The notes below the pieces were generated by a model, which saw only the letters and a program-made list of their open reading frames with translations, ran no database searches and was not told the DNA's origin. The translations under genes were made by a program, and so were the position numbers. From NCBI RefSeq assembly GCF_009914755.1, contig NC_060945.1: DNA of 64,000 nt; one strand, 5' to 3'. Below, piece by piece: positions 27,894-42,919 of the stretch (within the stretch, counting starts at the first letter, position 1; every line of letters starts with the position of its first letter). This stretch comes from the human T2T-CHM13v2.0 reference genome, Homo sapiens.

Positions 27894-28996
27894 TTTCAAC
27901 AATACTTGTAAAACAGACATTATAATTTCCAATTTAAAGAGGAAACTGAGTATAATAAAAATTCCAATAGTATTCAAGATGATATACTCTTAAGTGACAG
28001 AGTGTGTTTCTTCACAAATATGACTTATTACAAGGTCCACAAAGAACATATTTTTTGGGATTTTTTTTTCCTTTTGGGGGAAATGTCCAGAGATTTTTTT
28101 TGGCTTGTGTATTTATTTATTATTTCAGAAATTTAGACAAATCTACAAAGTAGGCTTTGTTTGAGTTATCTTTAATCAGTTTTTTTTGAAAGGGTACTGC
28201 CATAAAACAGGGTCTCATAAGAATGTGGTATATATATTTAAAAAAATACACATTTGCTATTGTGCTTGTTATATTTTCTGACCTTCAAAAAGAAATTTCC
28301 AATAAATTTTGTAAGCTCACTTATTTCCGTCATTCACTGCTGAATTTCTAGTGCGGAGCTCATTTTCAAGTCGATATTACGTACAGCAGATTCTCCCTAA
28401 ATGAAAGGGACTGAACACACCACAGACTGGACAGCTCCCATTATCTGAAATAGCCATAAGCGGCTTTAATGCTGGAGATTTAGTTTAAAGGATTGTCCTC
28501 CTGGAAGACTGGCTGCAGTTGTTTGTGAGGCAGAACAAATTATAAAATGATTATGGCTTCAGAGATGTATGTTTCTAAATGATTGCTTCGCCAGTCCATA
28601 AAATGTCTGCTTTTAAAAAACAGGTGAAATCTGAGAGCCTTAAGAGATTGGATCTTTGGGATATTATTAAAAATGTCTTTATAGGGTCTGGATGCAACGC
28701 CACCGGAGTATATAACTTACCAAGAATGCTGACAGGAAGTCATCAGCATAAAGAAAGAAAAGCAAATTTAAAGATGAAAAAGAAAAGCCTTAAGAATGAA
28801 CTTAGAATATAAACCTAAGCTAGAAAAACAGTTGGAAAAGTTCAGCCCAAACTGTTAACCATATTTTCCTCTGCAAAGTCTTTAGAATTGGGGATAGTCA
28901 TGGGTGTTTGCTTCTGTATTTACTTGAATTTTTCAATACACAAACATGTATCGTGTACAATTTGTGCAATTAAAAATAATCTTAAAAGAAGATGCC

Positions 28997-29383
<387 letters not shown>

Positions 29384-30529
29384 CTAATAACACATAGTAA
29401 GTATTCACTAGACATTCACTGAAGAGGGAATCCTCAGAATTTTTGATGTCATCAACAGTTTCATTTTGCAGTCAGGGATATATTTCAGCTTCTCAGTGTT
29501 TTCTAAAAATGTAAATTTTACTGTCAAATATGATTTTATGCCTGCCAGACTCCTTCTATGCAATGAAAGATACGGTGCCTTGTACTAACAGTCCCTTATC
29601 AGAAGCTTTCTAGAAATCACAATTATGAAAAGCTACCTGAAACAGAGAATAAATATTTGACCAGAGGAAACTAAGTTTTTAATATTTTGTTATCTCCCCT
29701 GATCTATTCATGTATTTAAAAATACTTGTTCTTATTATGAAAGTCATAATAAGACTTTTTTGGGGGTCTTGCTTGGCCTGTTTTATTGGAATTGCCTCTC
29801 TCTCCCCAATATTTGGCTGAAGTAATGGGGTTGGGTGGCCAGTGGCTGCCATATTTTGATTAGTTGACTTCCTACTCCTGTTTCCAGCTAATTGAACAAA
29901 ACAGGGAATCTTGATCCAAGCTGAGCCAACTAGCTTGTCTCTTGTGGATTCTATCTAAGAAGAATAAAGATTCAGTCAGGCGATGGTGGTTTCTGGGAAT
30001 ATGGGCTAAGATAAGAGCAGCCATATTGGGGGCCATGCGTTGTTTGTCAAGCACAAGGACTCAAGGGAATGCAGATGCCCAGAAGGAAACATACACAGGA
30101 GACAACACACTCAGTGAGAGAAAAGATGAAGATAATTGCCATGTTTTATTGCTTTCAGATTTAAATTTCTTGTGGGACCTGGCTCTACTACTTTCTCTTT
30201 AGTTATATGGGATGGTCCTGAATACTAATTGACTTAAGATAGGTTAATTTTGAGTTTTGCAAAAAAATTTAGAGAATATGGATATGGAAGAAAATAAAAA
30301 CTGCCCGTAAAAACATAGCCACCCATACATGTCTTTAGTGTGTTTTTATTCTATAGGAATGCTATAATATGCTTCTATGTAAAATTTCCTATCTTTTTAA
30401 AATAAAATTATGAACATGTTCATATTTTGTTAATTCCAATCTTGGTAAATCTCGCTCTTAGTTTATTAAGGTCTGTCTCTGTGTGGCTAAATGTGCCTGG
30501 GAAAAAATATTACCTTGCTGACTGGTTGA

Positions 30530-30995
<466 letters not shown>

Positions 30996-31199
30996 TGACC
31001 TTGTTTCCCGTTTTACTGGGATAATAAAAGCCACTAGAAAACATGTCCTGCATTTTGCTGCCAGCATTGCTACCCACCCGCTTGCTCTGTGCCCACATAC
31101 TCTGCTTTTCACTAGCAGCAAGCTCTCTACACTCCAGCCCTCTCCACTCCTTCACCAGTTTCTATTCTCTCTCATGTATTCGAGGACATCACATCAGCA

Positions 31200-31900
31200 G
31201 CAGGCATCTCTCTTCTTGTAACATCATGTTTTCTCTATTGCTTCATCATTTCCATGAGCTTATAAATGCTATTATTTTTCCTATCTTAAGAGAGAAGACA
31301 ATTTTCCAGACTCTTTATTCCCCTGCAGTTACTGGATCACTTCTCTGCTCCTGTAAAAGGCAACTCTTCTCAATAGTTATATCTACTTGATATCTGCAAT
31401 TTGCTTGTCTCTCATTTTCTAATCAGGCATTCATTCTCGTGCCTCTTACAAAACAGCTCTTGTCAAATTGCTATTGACTTTCACATAGCTAAAACCAGTG
31501 ATGGTTGTTAGTTTTCATCTTACTTGAACTGTTGGCAGCATTTGACAGAGGTGATCTCTGTCAAGGTCTTGCTTTACTGGCCCCCTCCTTTTAAGGCTTA
31601 TTTGCTTGTCCTTTTATCTATTTCTAACCTCTAACCATTGGTGTGCCCTGAACAATGTCTCAGGTCTCTTCTATTTATTTTCTACACTCACTTTCTAGGT
31701 GATGTCAGCTAGTACAATGGTTTTAAATACTATCCATATATTAAGGACTCTCAAATTGATTTCTTATGCCCAGACCTCTCTCCTGAACTTCAAATTTACA
31801 TACTCAAACTCCTATTCAGAATTTCATCTTGGATGTTTAATAAGTATCACAAATCTCTAAATAGTCAATGGCCCTAGGACTCAAATCTTAGAACTTTCCT
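31200..31900 (+). mobile_element. L2 fragment
   Basis: AACAGCTCTTGTCAA..CATCTTACTTGAAC..GCAGCATTTGACAGAG; CCCAGACCTCTCTCCTGAACT. Confidence 0.7.
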
Positions 31901-31904
31901 CTTT

Positions 31905-33145
31905 AAAATGATATTATTGAGATGTAATTCACATGGCATACAAATCAACCATTTGAATTGTACAATTCAAGGGCTTTTAGTGCATTTCAGAGTTATTCAA
32001 CCATTACCATAATCAATTTTAGAACATTCTCATTATCCCCCTTAAACCCATCTTGGACATTTCATATATATGTAACCATATAATATGTGGTCTTTTGTGT
32101 AAAGACTTTAGAGTGTTCTAATTTGTTTTATGCAATTTTTTTTTTTTTGCAAATTTGACTGCATGAAAGTGCATTATCACAATGTTGACCTTGTGTGTGA
32201 GACATTGCACATGTACATAAAAACATTGAAACTTCCTCAATAAATGAAGGGATGTCCTTTTTGTACATCTGCATTTGTGAAAGATAAAACTTCTTGAGAT
32301 CTCAACTCTCTAGGCGATTACATATGTAGTGGTGACACATTGTGGTTTCTTATCGATCTCATCAAAAGACATAGGTCATCTGTCATGGTATTTCAGATGA
32401 CCACAGTTATAAAACTGGATGCACACAATTACCAACCATAGTGATATGCGTTTATACATTTTCTTTTGGACCTATTTATGAATATGGTTCATCTGCTTAT
32501 AACTGTTATACCCATGTTTCTGTTGTTAGTATATCTGAGTTCTTATGCTTATAAAAATGTTATTGTTGCCTATTTTATTGTATAAAGTGGCAACTTTATA
32601 CAACTTTATCATGTATTTTATTGTATACTATGAAGTATTCTGTCATGTTTTTATATGTTGCTCAAATAAATCTTTTTTACAAGCATAAATAATTTTCTTT
32701 TAAAGAAAATTAAATTTTTTTCCAGAATTATATTTTTAGAATTTTCAATTTTTAAGATTGTGATTTCTGATATTATGGTGTTTAGAATTATGTCTTTTGG
32801 TATTATGGCCCAACTCTAGTTTTTGTGACTGGCTTCTTTTGTTTAACGTGTTTTCAAGGTTCATCCACATTGTAGTATGTACAAGTACTTCATTCCTTTT
32901 AATTACCAAATAATATTCTATTGAACAGCTATACCATACTTTATCCATTCACCAGTTGATGATAATTTGGATTGTTTCCATCTTTTAGCTACTGTGAATT
33001 CTTCTTCTGTAAACATTCATGCACAAGATTTTGTGTGGACACATGTTTTCACTTGTCCTGGATATATACCTAGGAGGGGAATTGCCAAATCATATGGTAA
33101 CTCTGTGTATAGAGGAATTGCCAGACTATTTTCCAAAGTGGCTTG
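31905..33145 (-). mobile_element. L1M (L1MB-like) 3' end interrupted by Ricksha
   Basis: TTATTGAGATGTAATTCACAT...TATGTGGTCTTTTGTG resumes as ACTGGCTTCTTT..TTCAAGGTTCATCCA after 32817. Confidence 0.8.
32100..32817. mobile_element. Ricksha (MuDR-type) DNA transposon fragment with one terminus
   Basis: Ends GAATTATGTCTTTTGGTATTATGGCCCAACTC (recalled Ricksha TIR); host L1 sequence ~TTTTGTG duplicated on both sides. Confidence 0.7.
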
Positions 33146-33159
33146 GAATTCTTCTATTG

Positions 33160-33645
33160 GTGCTCACTGCATTGGTGCATGGCATCTAGGCCATGGTTTT
33201 AAATATCATCTCTATACTGAAGTCTCGCAAACTTGCCTCTGAACTCGAGATCCACATGACCCATTCATTGCCCACCCACATATCCATCACCTAACTCCTG
33301 ACTTTCCCCTTCACCTCACACCCCTGACCTCAAGCCTGCTTCTCCTCTTATCTTCTTCTCAATTAATGGATTCCCTTCTTCCAGTTGCTCAGGACAAAAA
33401 CCTCAGAGTTGCTCTTGACTCCTCTCATTCTATCCCATCCCATATCTAATCTGTCAGCAAATCCTGTTTGCTCTACTTTCAAAATACTGTCCCCACTCCC
33501 TGTCTGCAGTAGCTCCTCTGCTACCACCCTCATCCAAATCACTCTCACTTCTTTATCACATTGTTGCAACAGCCTCCTAACTTGCCTTCCAGCTCCAGCT
33601 TGATTACCCTTCAGTCTATTCTCAACAGAGTATTCTGGATGAACT
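33160..33645 (+). mobile_element. L2 fragment
   Basis: TTCCAGTTGCTCAGGACAAAAACCT..CTTGACTCCTCTC..CAGCAAATCCTGTT. Confidence 0.75.
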
Positions 33646-33649
33646 TTAA

Positions 33650-33720
33650 ATAACTCTAATTGCTTTCCATTTGAGACTATGGCATTGGGGATCGTGTCTT
33701 TCGGGATTATTATTGGCTCT
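33650..33720. mobile_element. Second Ricksha terminus
   Basis: GGCATTGGGGATCGTGTCTTTCGGGATTATTATTGGCTC, similar to 32770-32817. Confidence 0.6.
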
Positions 33721-34005
33721 GACATGCGCACGCAGGTTGAAAGTGCCAGGAAGTTAACATTCCCAGGATTAACCTTCCCTCTATTATCTTCATCCTCAGG
33801 GTAGCACAACACTGAAGTGTCTTGTAAACAGTGTCCCAAAGGTCCCAGAGGGACCAAACCCCAGTTGCTCTCTTCATTAATGCATCTTTGAATGGATTTT
33901 CTTTCCTGTTTTGCTTTCCACAACTCCCTACTGATGCTTCTGGGATAATCTCACAAATAAACTACCTATTTCTGTGTCTACTTTTGGAGGAATCCAGCTA
34001 AGATA
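33721..34005 (+). mobile_element. LTR16-like ERVL LTR, 3' part
   Basis: GCTTCTGGGATAATCTCACAAATAAACTACC..TGGAGGAATCCAGCTAAGATA. Confidence 0.6.
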
Positions 34006-34416
34006 AAAATCTTTATAAAGAAATCTTGCCTATATTTCTGTTTCTTAGAGTCGTGAAAAAGGAAATACTAGTTCAAAAAGTGATTTTTTTAAAAAACTGA
34101 GATTTGAGTTCTCTGTGTCAAAACCACCATCTGTATTTGGGGAATTCCACTTTATAAGTCTTGGTGGGAGGGAAGAGTTTGTCTCTTTCTTAGAAGATAG
34201 AAACACCATATATTCACTCTGTTAGCGTCTCGAAACTATATTATTAACATATGACTCAGGTTTGGCTAAGCAGATGGATCTTTCCTAGATTATGCTTGGG
34301 AGGTAGAAATGCAAAGAAGACAAGATAGGGAAGACTCTTCCCTGTTGGGGTTAGTTGTTTTAACAACTTCCAGTTTTTGGAGACCACATTGGTGGTGGTG
34401 ACCATGGCAATTACTA

Positions 34417-35113
<697 letters not shown>

Positions 35114-35411
35114 AGGCCTAGAGCTGAGAGGCAGTGGGCAGCCATGTCTTCACACAAGACTAGATCTGTACTGTGCTGTGATTTATGCACTGTTACTTTT
35201 TGAGTCTCTAAGCCTAGTGTTTCAATTCCCTGGTTGCATTTGTTAGCAATTTAACATATTTTCATTTCTACCTAAATCAGCCTTAGTTAAGTTTCTGTTG
35301 TTTGCAACTAAGAACCGTATTGTTATAGAAATTTCAATGAGAAGCTTTGTAGGCACAGACATTCAAAGAAATGAGGAGATCTGGGATTGTGTATCTGGCC
35401 TTGTTAGAAAT

Positions 35412-35810
35412 TATGATAGTTTAGATTACTGTTCAGCAAATATTCATTTTCTTTTTCCTCCTCCTGTGGGTAGAATATATTACCCTGCCTCATGATGTTG
35501 GAGTTGACCATGTGACTTGCTTTGGCTAGTAAGATGTCAGTGGATATAATGTGGGCAAAGTGCTGAGATGTGTTTGTGCAATGGTTTCCTGGCCTCTTGT
35601 ACTTCTGCTGTCACCATGAGGAAAATATGCCCCTGTTAGCTGGTGGGTAAAGGAAAATGAAAGGTATGTGAAATAATTTGAAGACCTAGTTAAACTCAAG
35701 CTAGGTTAGCCAACTTCTGTCAATCTGAAGTTAAAAGAAAAAGCATAAGTGATTATATTAAGCCATCTAGTTATGTTATGTAGCATTATTGTTGGAATGA
35801 CTGAAACAGA
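35412..35810 (+). mobile_element. MLT1H/I/J-like LTR
   Basis: CCATGTGACTTGCTTTGGC..CACCATGAGGAAAATATGCCC..TGTTATGTAGCATTATTG. Confidence 0.7.
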
Positions 35811-36260
35811 ACTAAAGGTAGCAAAAGTTACAGCTAGTAAACAATGAGTCTCTAACATACGGTATGCAGAGGAGACACAATATATTAATTTATTCACCCT
35901 GGAATGTAGTGCTAACGAAGCAAAGTTTTGAGGAAGCAATTAGCTTGTTAGAGTATAGTAAAATGACTTATATAAGACTTGTAGTAAATAGTATTTATTG
36001 TTAAAATTTCCAAATACTTTAAAGAAATAGATTTATAGTTGTACAATTTGCAGTTGTACTGTTTCCTGCTTAAGGCATTGATTGAAAATCAGTGACTTTT
36101 TTTTTTTTTTTGGCTAAAGAAACATCACATTTCTTTCAGTCACTGGGTTGAGAGAGCCAAAATATACACACAGAAAAACTGAGTCTTTGGTTTGCCAAAA
36201 TTCAATGTCAGTTGAATTTACAGCCTTGCCATGTGTCTGATACAAAGTTTGGGCATTGAT

Positions 36261-36562
36261 GTTATCCTCAGCCAACTAACACAGGAACAGAAAACCAAAT
36301 GCCTCATGTTCTGCCTTGTAAGTGGGAGCTGAACAATGAGAACACATGGACAGAGGGAGGGGAACAATGAACACTGGGGCCTGTGGGTCAGAGGAACAAC
36401 GGGGACAGGGAGAGCATCAGGATAAATAGCTAATGCTTGTGGGGCTTAATAGCTAATGCATGTGGGTGCAGCAAATCACCATGGCACACGTTAACCTATG
36501 TAACAAACCTGCACGTCCTGCACATGTATCCTGGAACTCAAAATCAAATTAAATTAAAAAAA
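36261..36562 (+). mobile_element. L1PA 3' end, 5'-truncated
   Basis: ATCCTCAGCCAACTAACACAGGAACAGAAAACCAAA..GTAACAAACCTGCACGTCCTGCACATGTATCC. Confidence 0.92.
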
Positions 36563-36584
36563 TCTATTACTTTGTCTTGTTTAA

Positions 36585-36720
36585 AAAAATGAGTTACAAG
36601 TTATATACAATAAAATATGCCCTTTTGAATGTGTAGTCCTATGAGTTTTGACAAGCACTCGTGGTTATGTAATGATCACTACTACCATGATCAAGATATA
36701 GAATATTTTTATCACCTCTC
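36585..36720 (-). mobile_element. Old L1M 3'-end fragment within the L1PA TSD interval
   Basis: TACAATAAAAT..TATGAGTTTTGACAA..ATCAAGATATAGAATATTTTTATCACC. Confidence 0.7.
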
Positions 36721-37561
36721 AAAAAAAAAAAATAAAGTTTGGGCACTGATCCAGAAGAAATAGAATGCCGAGAATGAAAGTCTTATATGGGAGGAACTTC
36801 AACTCCTCCATGAGTTTTATTGGCAACTGAAGCCACCTTTCTCTTTCGATGATGCTCTTTCCCCTTTGCTTGAAGACTCTTAACAAGCCCTCAAACAGGC
36901 TCATCTAAGAGATTTACCTGACCAGAGACCCTAATTTGTCTTTTGTTCCATCCATACCCTCTTCTTTGTCTCTAAGGCCTTAAATGTTGTCAGATCCCAA
37001 CATGTTCTGGGAGCCAATTTAAAGGCGAATTTGCAAGATGACAGAATAGCCACAAAAAATGGCAAAACTTTGTTAATTTATATCAGACTTGTGGGTTTGT
37101 GTGTATGTGTGTGTATTTTGAATGAGTAGGCCAAAGAGGGAACTGATGAGTTTAGATTAGGCTGATTTTAGCATCATGGGGACAACTCACTGAGATTCTG
37201 GATTCAATGTGCCTCTTCGAGCTGAGAGTAATTCTAATTGTTTGTTTGGTTGACTTGTCTTGGAAACAAAGCCTTACTTTGTGTTTGAATCAGAAACAAC
37301 CAGTGGCATTATTATTCTAAAAAACAACAGATGTTGGAAAAGAAGAGCAAATTGAACCAATTTCTCCTCACTCAAAAGTTTTTTGTAGTAGATATAGATT
37401 GGAAAGATATAGAAAAGTGGAGAAGAAAATAAATTGGGAATGTTCAACAGTGTAAGTGAATAAGATCAGGCATATAATTCATGAAGCAATATTGTTGGTT
37501 TTTCACGCAATGGAATACTCTTAAATCAAATTTAAAATCTGGTAGGATGTTGAAGAGAAAA

Positions 37562-38640
37562 TTTCATTCGTTCATTCATTCATTCATTCAAATGTTCATT
37601 AAATGTCTAATATGTTCACACACAGTATTTTAGGTACTGGAGATATAACAATAAACTAGGGAAATTAAAATTTTCTCATGTAACTTATATTCTAGTGGAG
37701 AAAGAGAATGAACAAATGCATTAAAATATACAGTATTTTAGAAGGTTATCTATGTAATATGAACCCCAAAGTATCTGAGACAGGTCTCGATTTAGCCAAA
37801 GTTAGGCATGCACTTGTGATACAGCCTCAGGAGATCCTGATGACATGTACTCAAGGTTATTGGGGGTACAGCTTGCTTTTATACATTTTAGGGAGAAATA
37901 GTACATCAATCAATACATGTATGATTTACATTGGTTCGACCTGGAAAGGTGGGAAAACTCGGAGCCATGGCTTCCAGGTCATAGGTAGATTTAAAAATTT
38001 TCTGATTGGCAATTGGTTGAAAGAGTTATTATCAATAAAAAGGAATGTCTGGTTTATGATAAGGGATTGTGGAGACCAAGGTTTTATCATGCAGCATGAC
38101 ATCTCCAGGTAGCAGGCTTCAGAGAGAGAATCAATTGTATATATTTCTTACCAGACTTAAGATCTGTGTGGATGTTAATTCTGGTTGGCTCTTCCTGAAT
38201 TCCAAAAGGGAGGAAGAACTAATGAGGCATGTTCGAACCCTGCTTCCCGTCATGGCCTGAACTAGTTTTTCAGGTTAATTTTGGAATGCCCTTGGCCAAG
38301 AGGAGAGGTCTATTCAAATAGTTGGGGGTGGGTCTTAGAATTTTATTTTTGTTTACAGTAAGAAGAAAATAAATCTGCTTAAATCAGGATTGCCAGGGTG
38401 TAGAAGAGTACAATTTAAAAAATGGTTGTCAGGGATGATGTCAATGAGAATGTCACATTTGAGTAATAGCCTGAAAGGAGGCATTAAAGTAGCCTTGTGC
38501 ATCTCCAAGGGAAGACTATTCTAGGCAGAAAGGACCAGGGGAAAGATTGGGACCTTAACTGGCCCCATGGAGTGGAGTGAACCAGGGTGATACTAGTAGG
38601 AGATGAAGTCAGAGGTATAGAGTGGAGCCTGATTGGATTA
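37562..38640 (-). mobile_element. L2 interrupted by MER4 LTR
   Basis: (TTCA)n tail at 37562-37590; resumes after 38357. Confidence 0.7.
37753..38357 (-). mobile_element. MER4A/B-family ERV1 solo LTR
   Basis: CCCAAAGTATCTGAGACAGGTCTC...CATGGCCTGAACTAGTTTTTCAGG...TTAGAATTTTATTTTTGTTTACA. Confidence 0.88.
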
Positions 38641-40433
38641 TTTCCCACAAAGATGAAAGATAGAGAATTATAAGCAGTGGAAAATTAGAAACCAACATTG
38701 AAGTTAGACACGGTCAGAAGTCCTTCATCAGCAAGTGGAAGTGGATTCCACTAATATCCAGGATTAGGTCCACGTCAATTGTGAAGGCAGAAATAAGTTG
38801 CATAAATAACTTTATGAACACCCACCTTGCCTCCTCCTGCTGCCACTGTGCTCTTGTGGGGGAATTTCTTCATATCAGTTGACTGAAGAGGAAAACATTT
38901 GATTCTTTTAAAAGGATGGCTCTGCATATTTGTGTACCAACCAGAAATAGATTGCTGAGGCATTACTTTCACCCTCAGGAGTGGTCCTGAAGGACAGTCA
39001 AAATGGAAATTCTCCCAGTGAAAAGAAATGTAAACAATTTATCTTATTGTCCACTTTGTCAGTTAGTAGAAAGCCCCAGGTAGGTATCTGTACTGATTGA
39101 TGGGCAGTGGTTAATGGTATAATCAGATTGTCAGGGAACTAAAAGAAGCAGAATTGTAAGATTGATCACAAAGTGTTTGGGGAAGACACTTACGTATGGA
39201 CCCCTCTGAATGGGGTTTCTAAGTGTGACTAAATATAGCCTATGCAACTGACCAACAAAAGGCTACAGTGAATGAGGGTTTTAATTATCAGGTGGACAAG
39301 ATGACTCACTATTTATGTCAGTCGGCTTTTTTCTGATTTCCTTAGTACTTGATTAAAGTGGATATGGTGACAGACATTAACACATGGACTTTTTCTAAAA
39401 AATCTGACCTTGTGTACTTTCCAGAAACAGCAATTAACCCTGAGCTTGTAATACAATACCATGCCCTAGGGAGGGCAGCGAGACTTCTATCAAGGAGGAG
39501 GCTATGACACTTTAGATTTTAATTTGCCTTTCTTCCTAATTTTGCTTCAGTACCACTATACATGGAATGACTATTTTATACACAGTTATGATATTCCACC
39601 CAGCCTTTCTCTGATCAAGGAAGTCTATTTTACAGTGAAAAAAAAAGTGAGGCAAAGGGTGATTGACAAGTCTAAGATACCCAAGGCTCAGAAACAGCTA
39701 TGGCCGATCGGAGTCTCACATATAGGAGAGCTTAGACACAACACCTTGTGACTAGAGGACTGTCTCGTAATATCCTTTTAGCCAAGGATCAGTATACAGT
39801 ATTATATCTCCCACAAACTGAATACATGCATTTGGAGACAATAGGCTGGAAGTGAGAGTAGAGTTTCTCCCTAAATAGGAGAAAGTGAAATCATTTAATA
39901 ATCTATTTGCAAATGTTTTACCTCCCATCCTCACTCTTTCAGACTTTGAAGATTTTAGTATTGAAGAGAAGAATGTTTCCTTCTGGGATATTTGGCAAAT
40001 GATTCCTTTAAATTTGAAGCTTAGACTATAGCTTACCCATTCAGAGTTCTTCATGCCACTGAGTAAATGAGCAAAAGGAAGTTATGTTGTTAACTAATTA
40101 ATCCTGTCAAGGGTTTTACTACACAGTGGGCACAGAGAGAGGCATGATAGTGCTAAAATAATAATCTGAATTTCCTCCTAGTACAGCCATGCCCAATAGT
40201 AAAATTTAACAAAAGCTAAAACATCACTTTATAAGCAGAATAATCTATGGCTCAGGTATTATACTTTAGGACTAAGATTCTGAGTCACCTATTGGTTGAA
40301 GGGCCACGACTATCTGGAGTGCTGGTTAAAGACAAAGGCACATGGAATAAGTAATGGAGAAGGGCAGTCATAAGTACCTTATTTTATCAACTGAAAGCTT
40401 TGGAGTTTATCAAAGCATCCAAGCCTCCCTTTC

Positions 40434-40435
<2 letters not shown>

Positions 40436-40484
<49 letters not shown>
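40436..40484. repeat. (TG)~24 microsatellite
   Basis: Uninterrupted TG run next to an Alu tail. Confidence 0.97.
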
Positions 40485-40487
<3 letters not shown>

Positions 40488-40489
40488 AA

Positions 40490-40768
40490 ATTTTTTTATT
40501 TTTTATTTATTAATTTATTGTTTTTAGAGATCGTGGGTCACTGCATCCTCCACCTCCTAGGCTCAAGCGATCCTCCACCCCAGCCTCCTGAGTTCCTGGG
40601 ACTACAGGCACTTGCCAACATGCCTGGCTAATTCTTGTTTTCTTTTTTTAATAGAGACTAGGTTTTGCCATATGGTCTAGTCTGGTCTCCAGCTCCTGGG
40701 CTCAAGAGATCCTCCCACCTTGGCCTCCCAAAATGTTGGGATTATAGGGGTGAGCCAGTGTGCCTAGC
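40490..40768 (-). mobile_element. AluJ with deletion in the right arm
   Basis: Reverse Alu; GGCTCAAGCGATCCTCC. Confidence 0.9.
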
Positions 40769-41079
40769 CACTTCATGAGTCTTTAACTTTTATTCCCCAG
40801 CTCTTATCACTCTATAGCAAGCTGTGCTCATCTTCTGAACTTACAACTAGAATTAGCAAATGCCCTAAGAGGAAAAGTCATCCTGACTGTCGGGTTCACC
40901 TCTCAGCAATATCCTCCTTTCTTGGATTTTGGCCCATCAAGAGCTCTCAATCTTGGTAGCTTTATGACACATTCAAACATTTTTTTTTTAAATCCTTTTT
41001 TTTTTTTTTAGTTTTCTCAGTAAGATGGTTAGTCTAAAACAATCTAGTCTGCATTTAGCAAACTCATAAAACCATATTT

Positions 41080-41272
41080 CTTTTTCTTCATAGCACTTGT
41101 CTCAGTTTGCAATTAGAAACTCATTTCTGTGATTATTTGCTAAATATCTGTCTCCCCCACAACACATAATTAGAAACTGTACCCATTTTTGCTCACTGGA
41201 TTATCTATGGCCTAGCACAGTGCTAGGCACATAGTAGATACTTAATATTTACTGAGCCAATTAATGAATGAA
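41080..41272 (+). mobile_element. L2 3' end
   Basis: GCCTAGCACAGTGCTAGGCACATAGTAG..AATGAATGAA. Confidence 0.7.
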
Positions 41273-41575
41273 CCTTGGGCAAGTTGCTTATTATTAACAA
41301 TAGCAAGCACCTGTTAAGTGCAAAACACTAGGGTCAAGTTATGGCACTTAGAGTCTAAAGACTTTTGCTCTTATATCCTACCATTTATCCTTATCAATGA
41401 AACAACACAAAATGTTTTGCCTTCAGGATCAAGGCTTTTTCAGATATAGATTTTAAATGGCTCAGAAAGGAATGAATATTTGAAGAAAGAATTGTACATA
41501 GATTTAACTGGAAGGGAGGAGCCCAAGGAATTTAACACAGAAATGGTTAGTGGCACAGACCCTAAATCACAGTCA

Positions 41576-41919
<344 letters not shown>

Positions 41920-41977
41920 GTTAGCGTTAAGTGCCTGGAAAAAGGCTACATGGTGTCAGCGTCTAAGTATCAACTGA

Positions 41978-42407
<430 letters not shown>

Positions 42408-42919
42408 TTAAGTCACAGACCTGAAATCCTGTGTATTCTTGAAATTTGCGCATGTGTATTTTGTTTTTTATCATTTTATTTCATACTTTATAGACAGACT
42501 AACTTAATAATTTATGTTTGCTGTCTTCATAAGTATTTATATCTGTGCATACATATAGATACATGTAATTTAGAGTATATATAGGATGTTTTATTAATGC
42601 TTTCTTGGTTGTAAATCCTTGAAAGAATGCTAATTACTCTGTCTTTATTTCTTAATTAGGCACTATGCAGCCTCCATAATAACTACTAGCTGTGAACGAG
42701 AGCACTATAAAAGTTACTCAAGTAATTGCCTTACAAACTACAACTCTACTTAAGTGACAAGTCATATGAGTTAAATAAAAATTGTAAAAACAAAGTAGCC
42801 TCCTATCATATTAAAAGTCCTTCAGCATTTCAGTTCCTGGATGATGGTGAAAGGAGCTATACATTTAGAAATAGAAGAATATCCATCTTAGATGATCCCA
42901 AAGAAGCATCTTTTCATGC

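Larger units (their letters stand above)
37140..40400 (+). pseudogene. Highly degraded ERVL internal relic (gag piece; RNase H to dUTPase region)
   Basis: 37150-37260 resembles gag at 51480-51560; 38880-39215 reads LTEEE..DGSA..LKDS..ICTD*WAVVNG..WG..MDPSEW; 40015-40130 is dUTPase-like; interrupted by L2 and MER4. Confidence 0.7.

Noticed and set aside
33363-33923. 186-aa minus-strand ORF
   Set aside because: Runs across antisense LTR16-like, Ricksha and L2 fragments; a chimera of repeats
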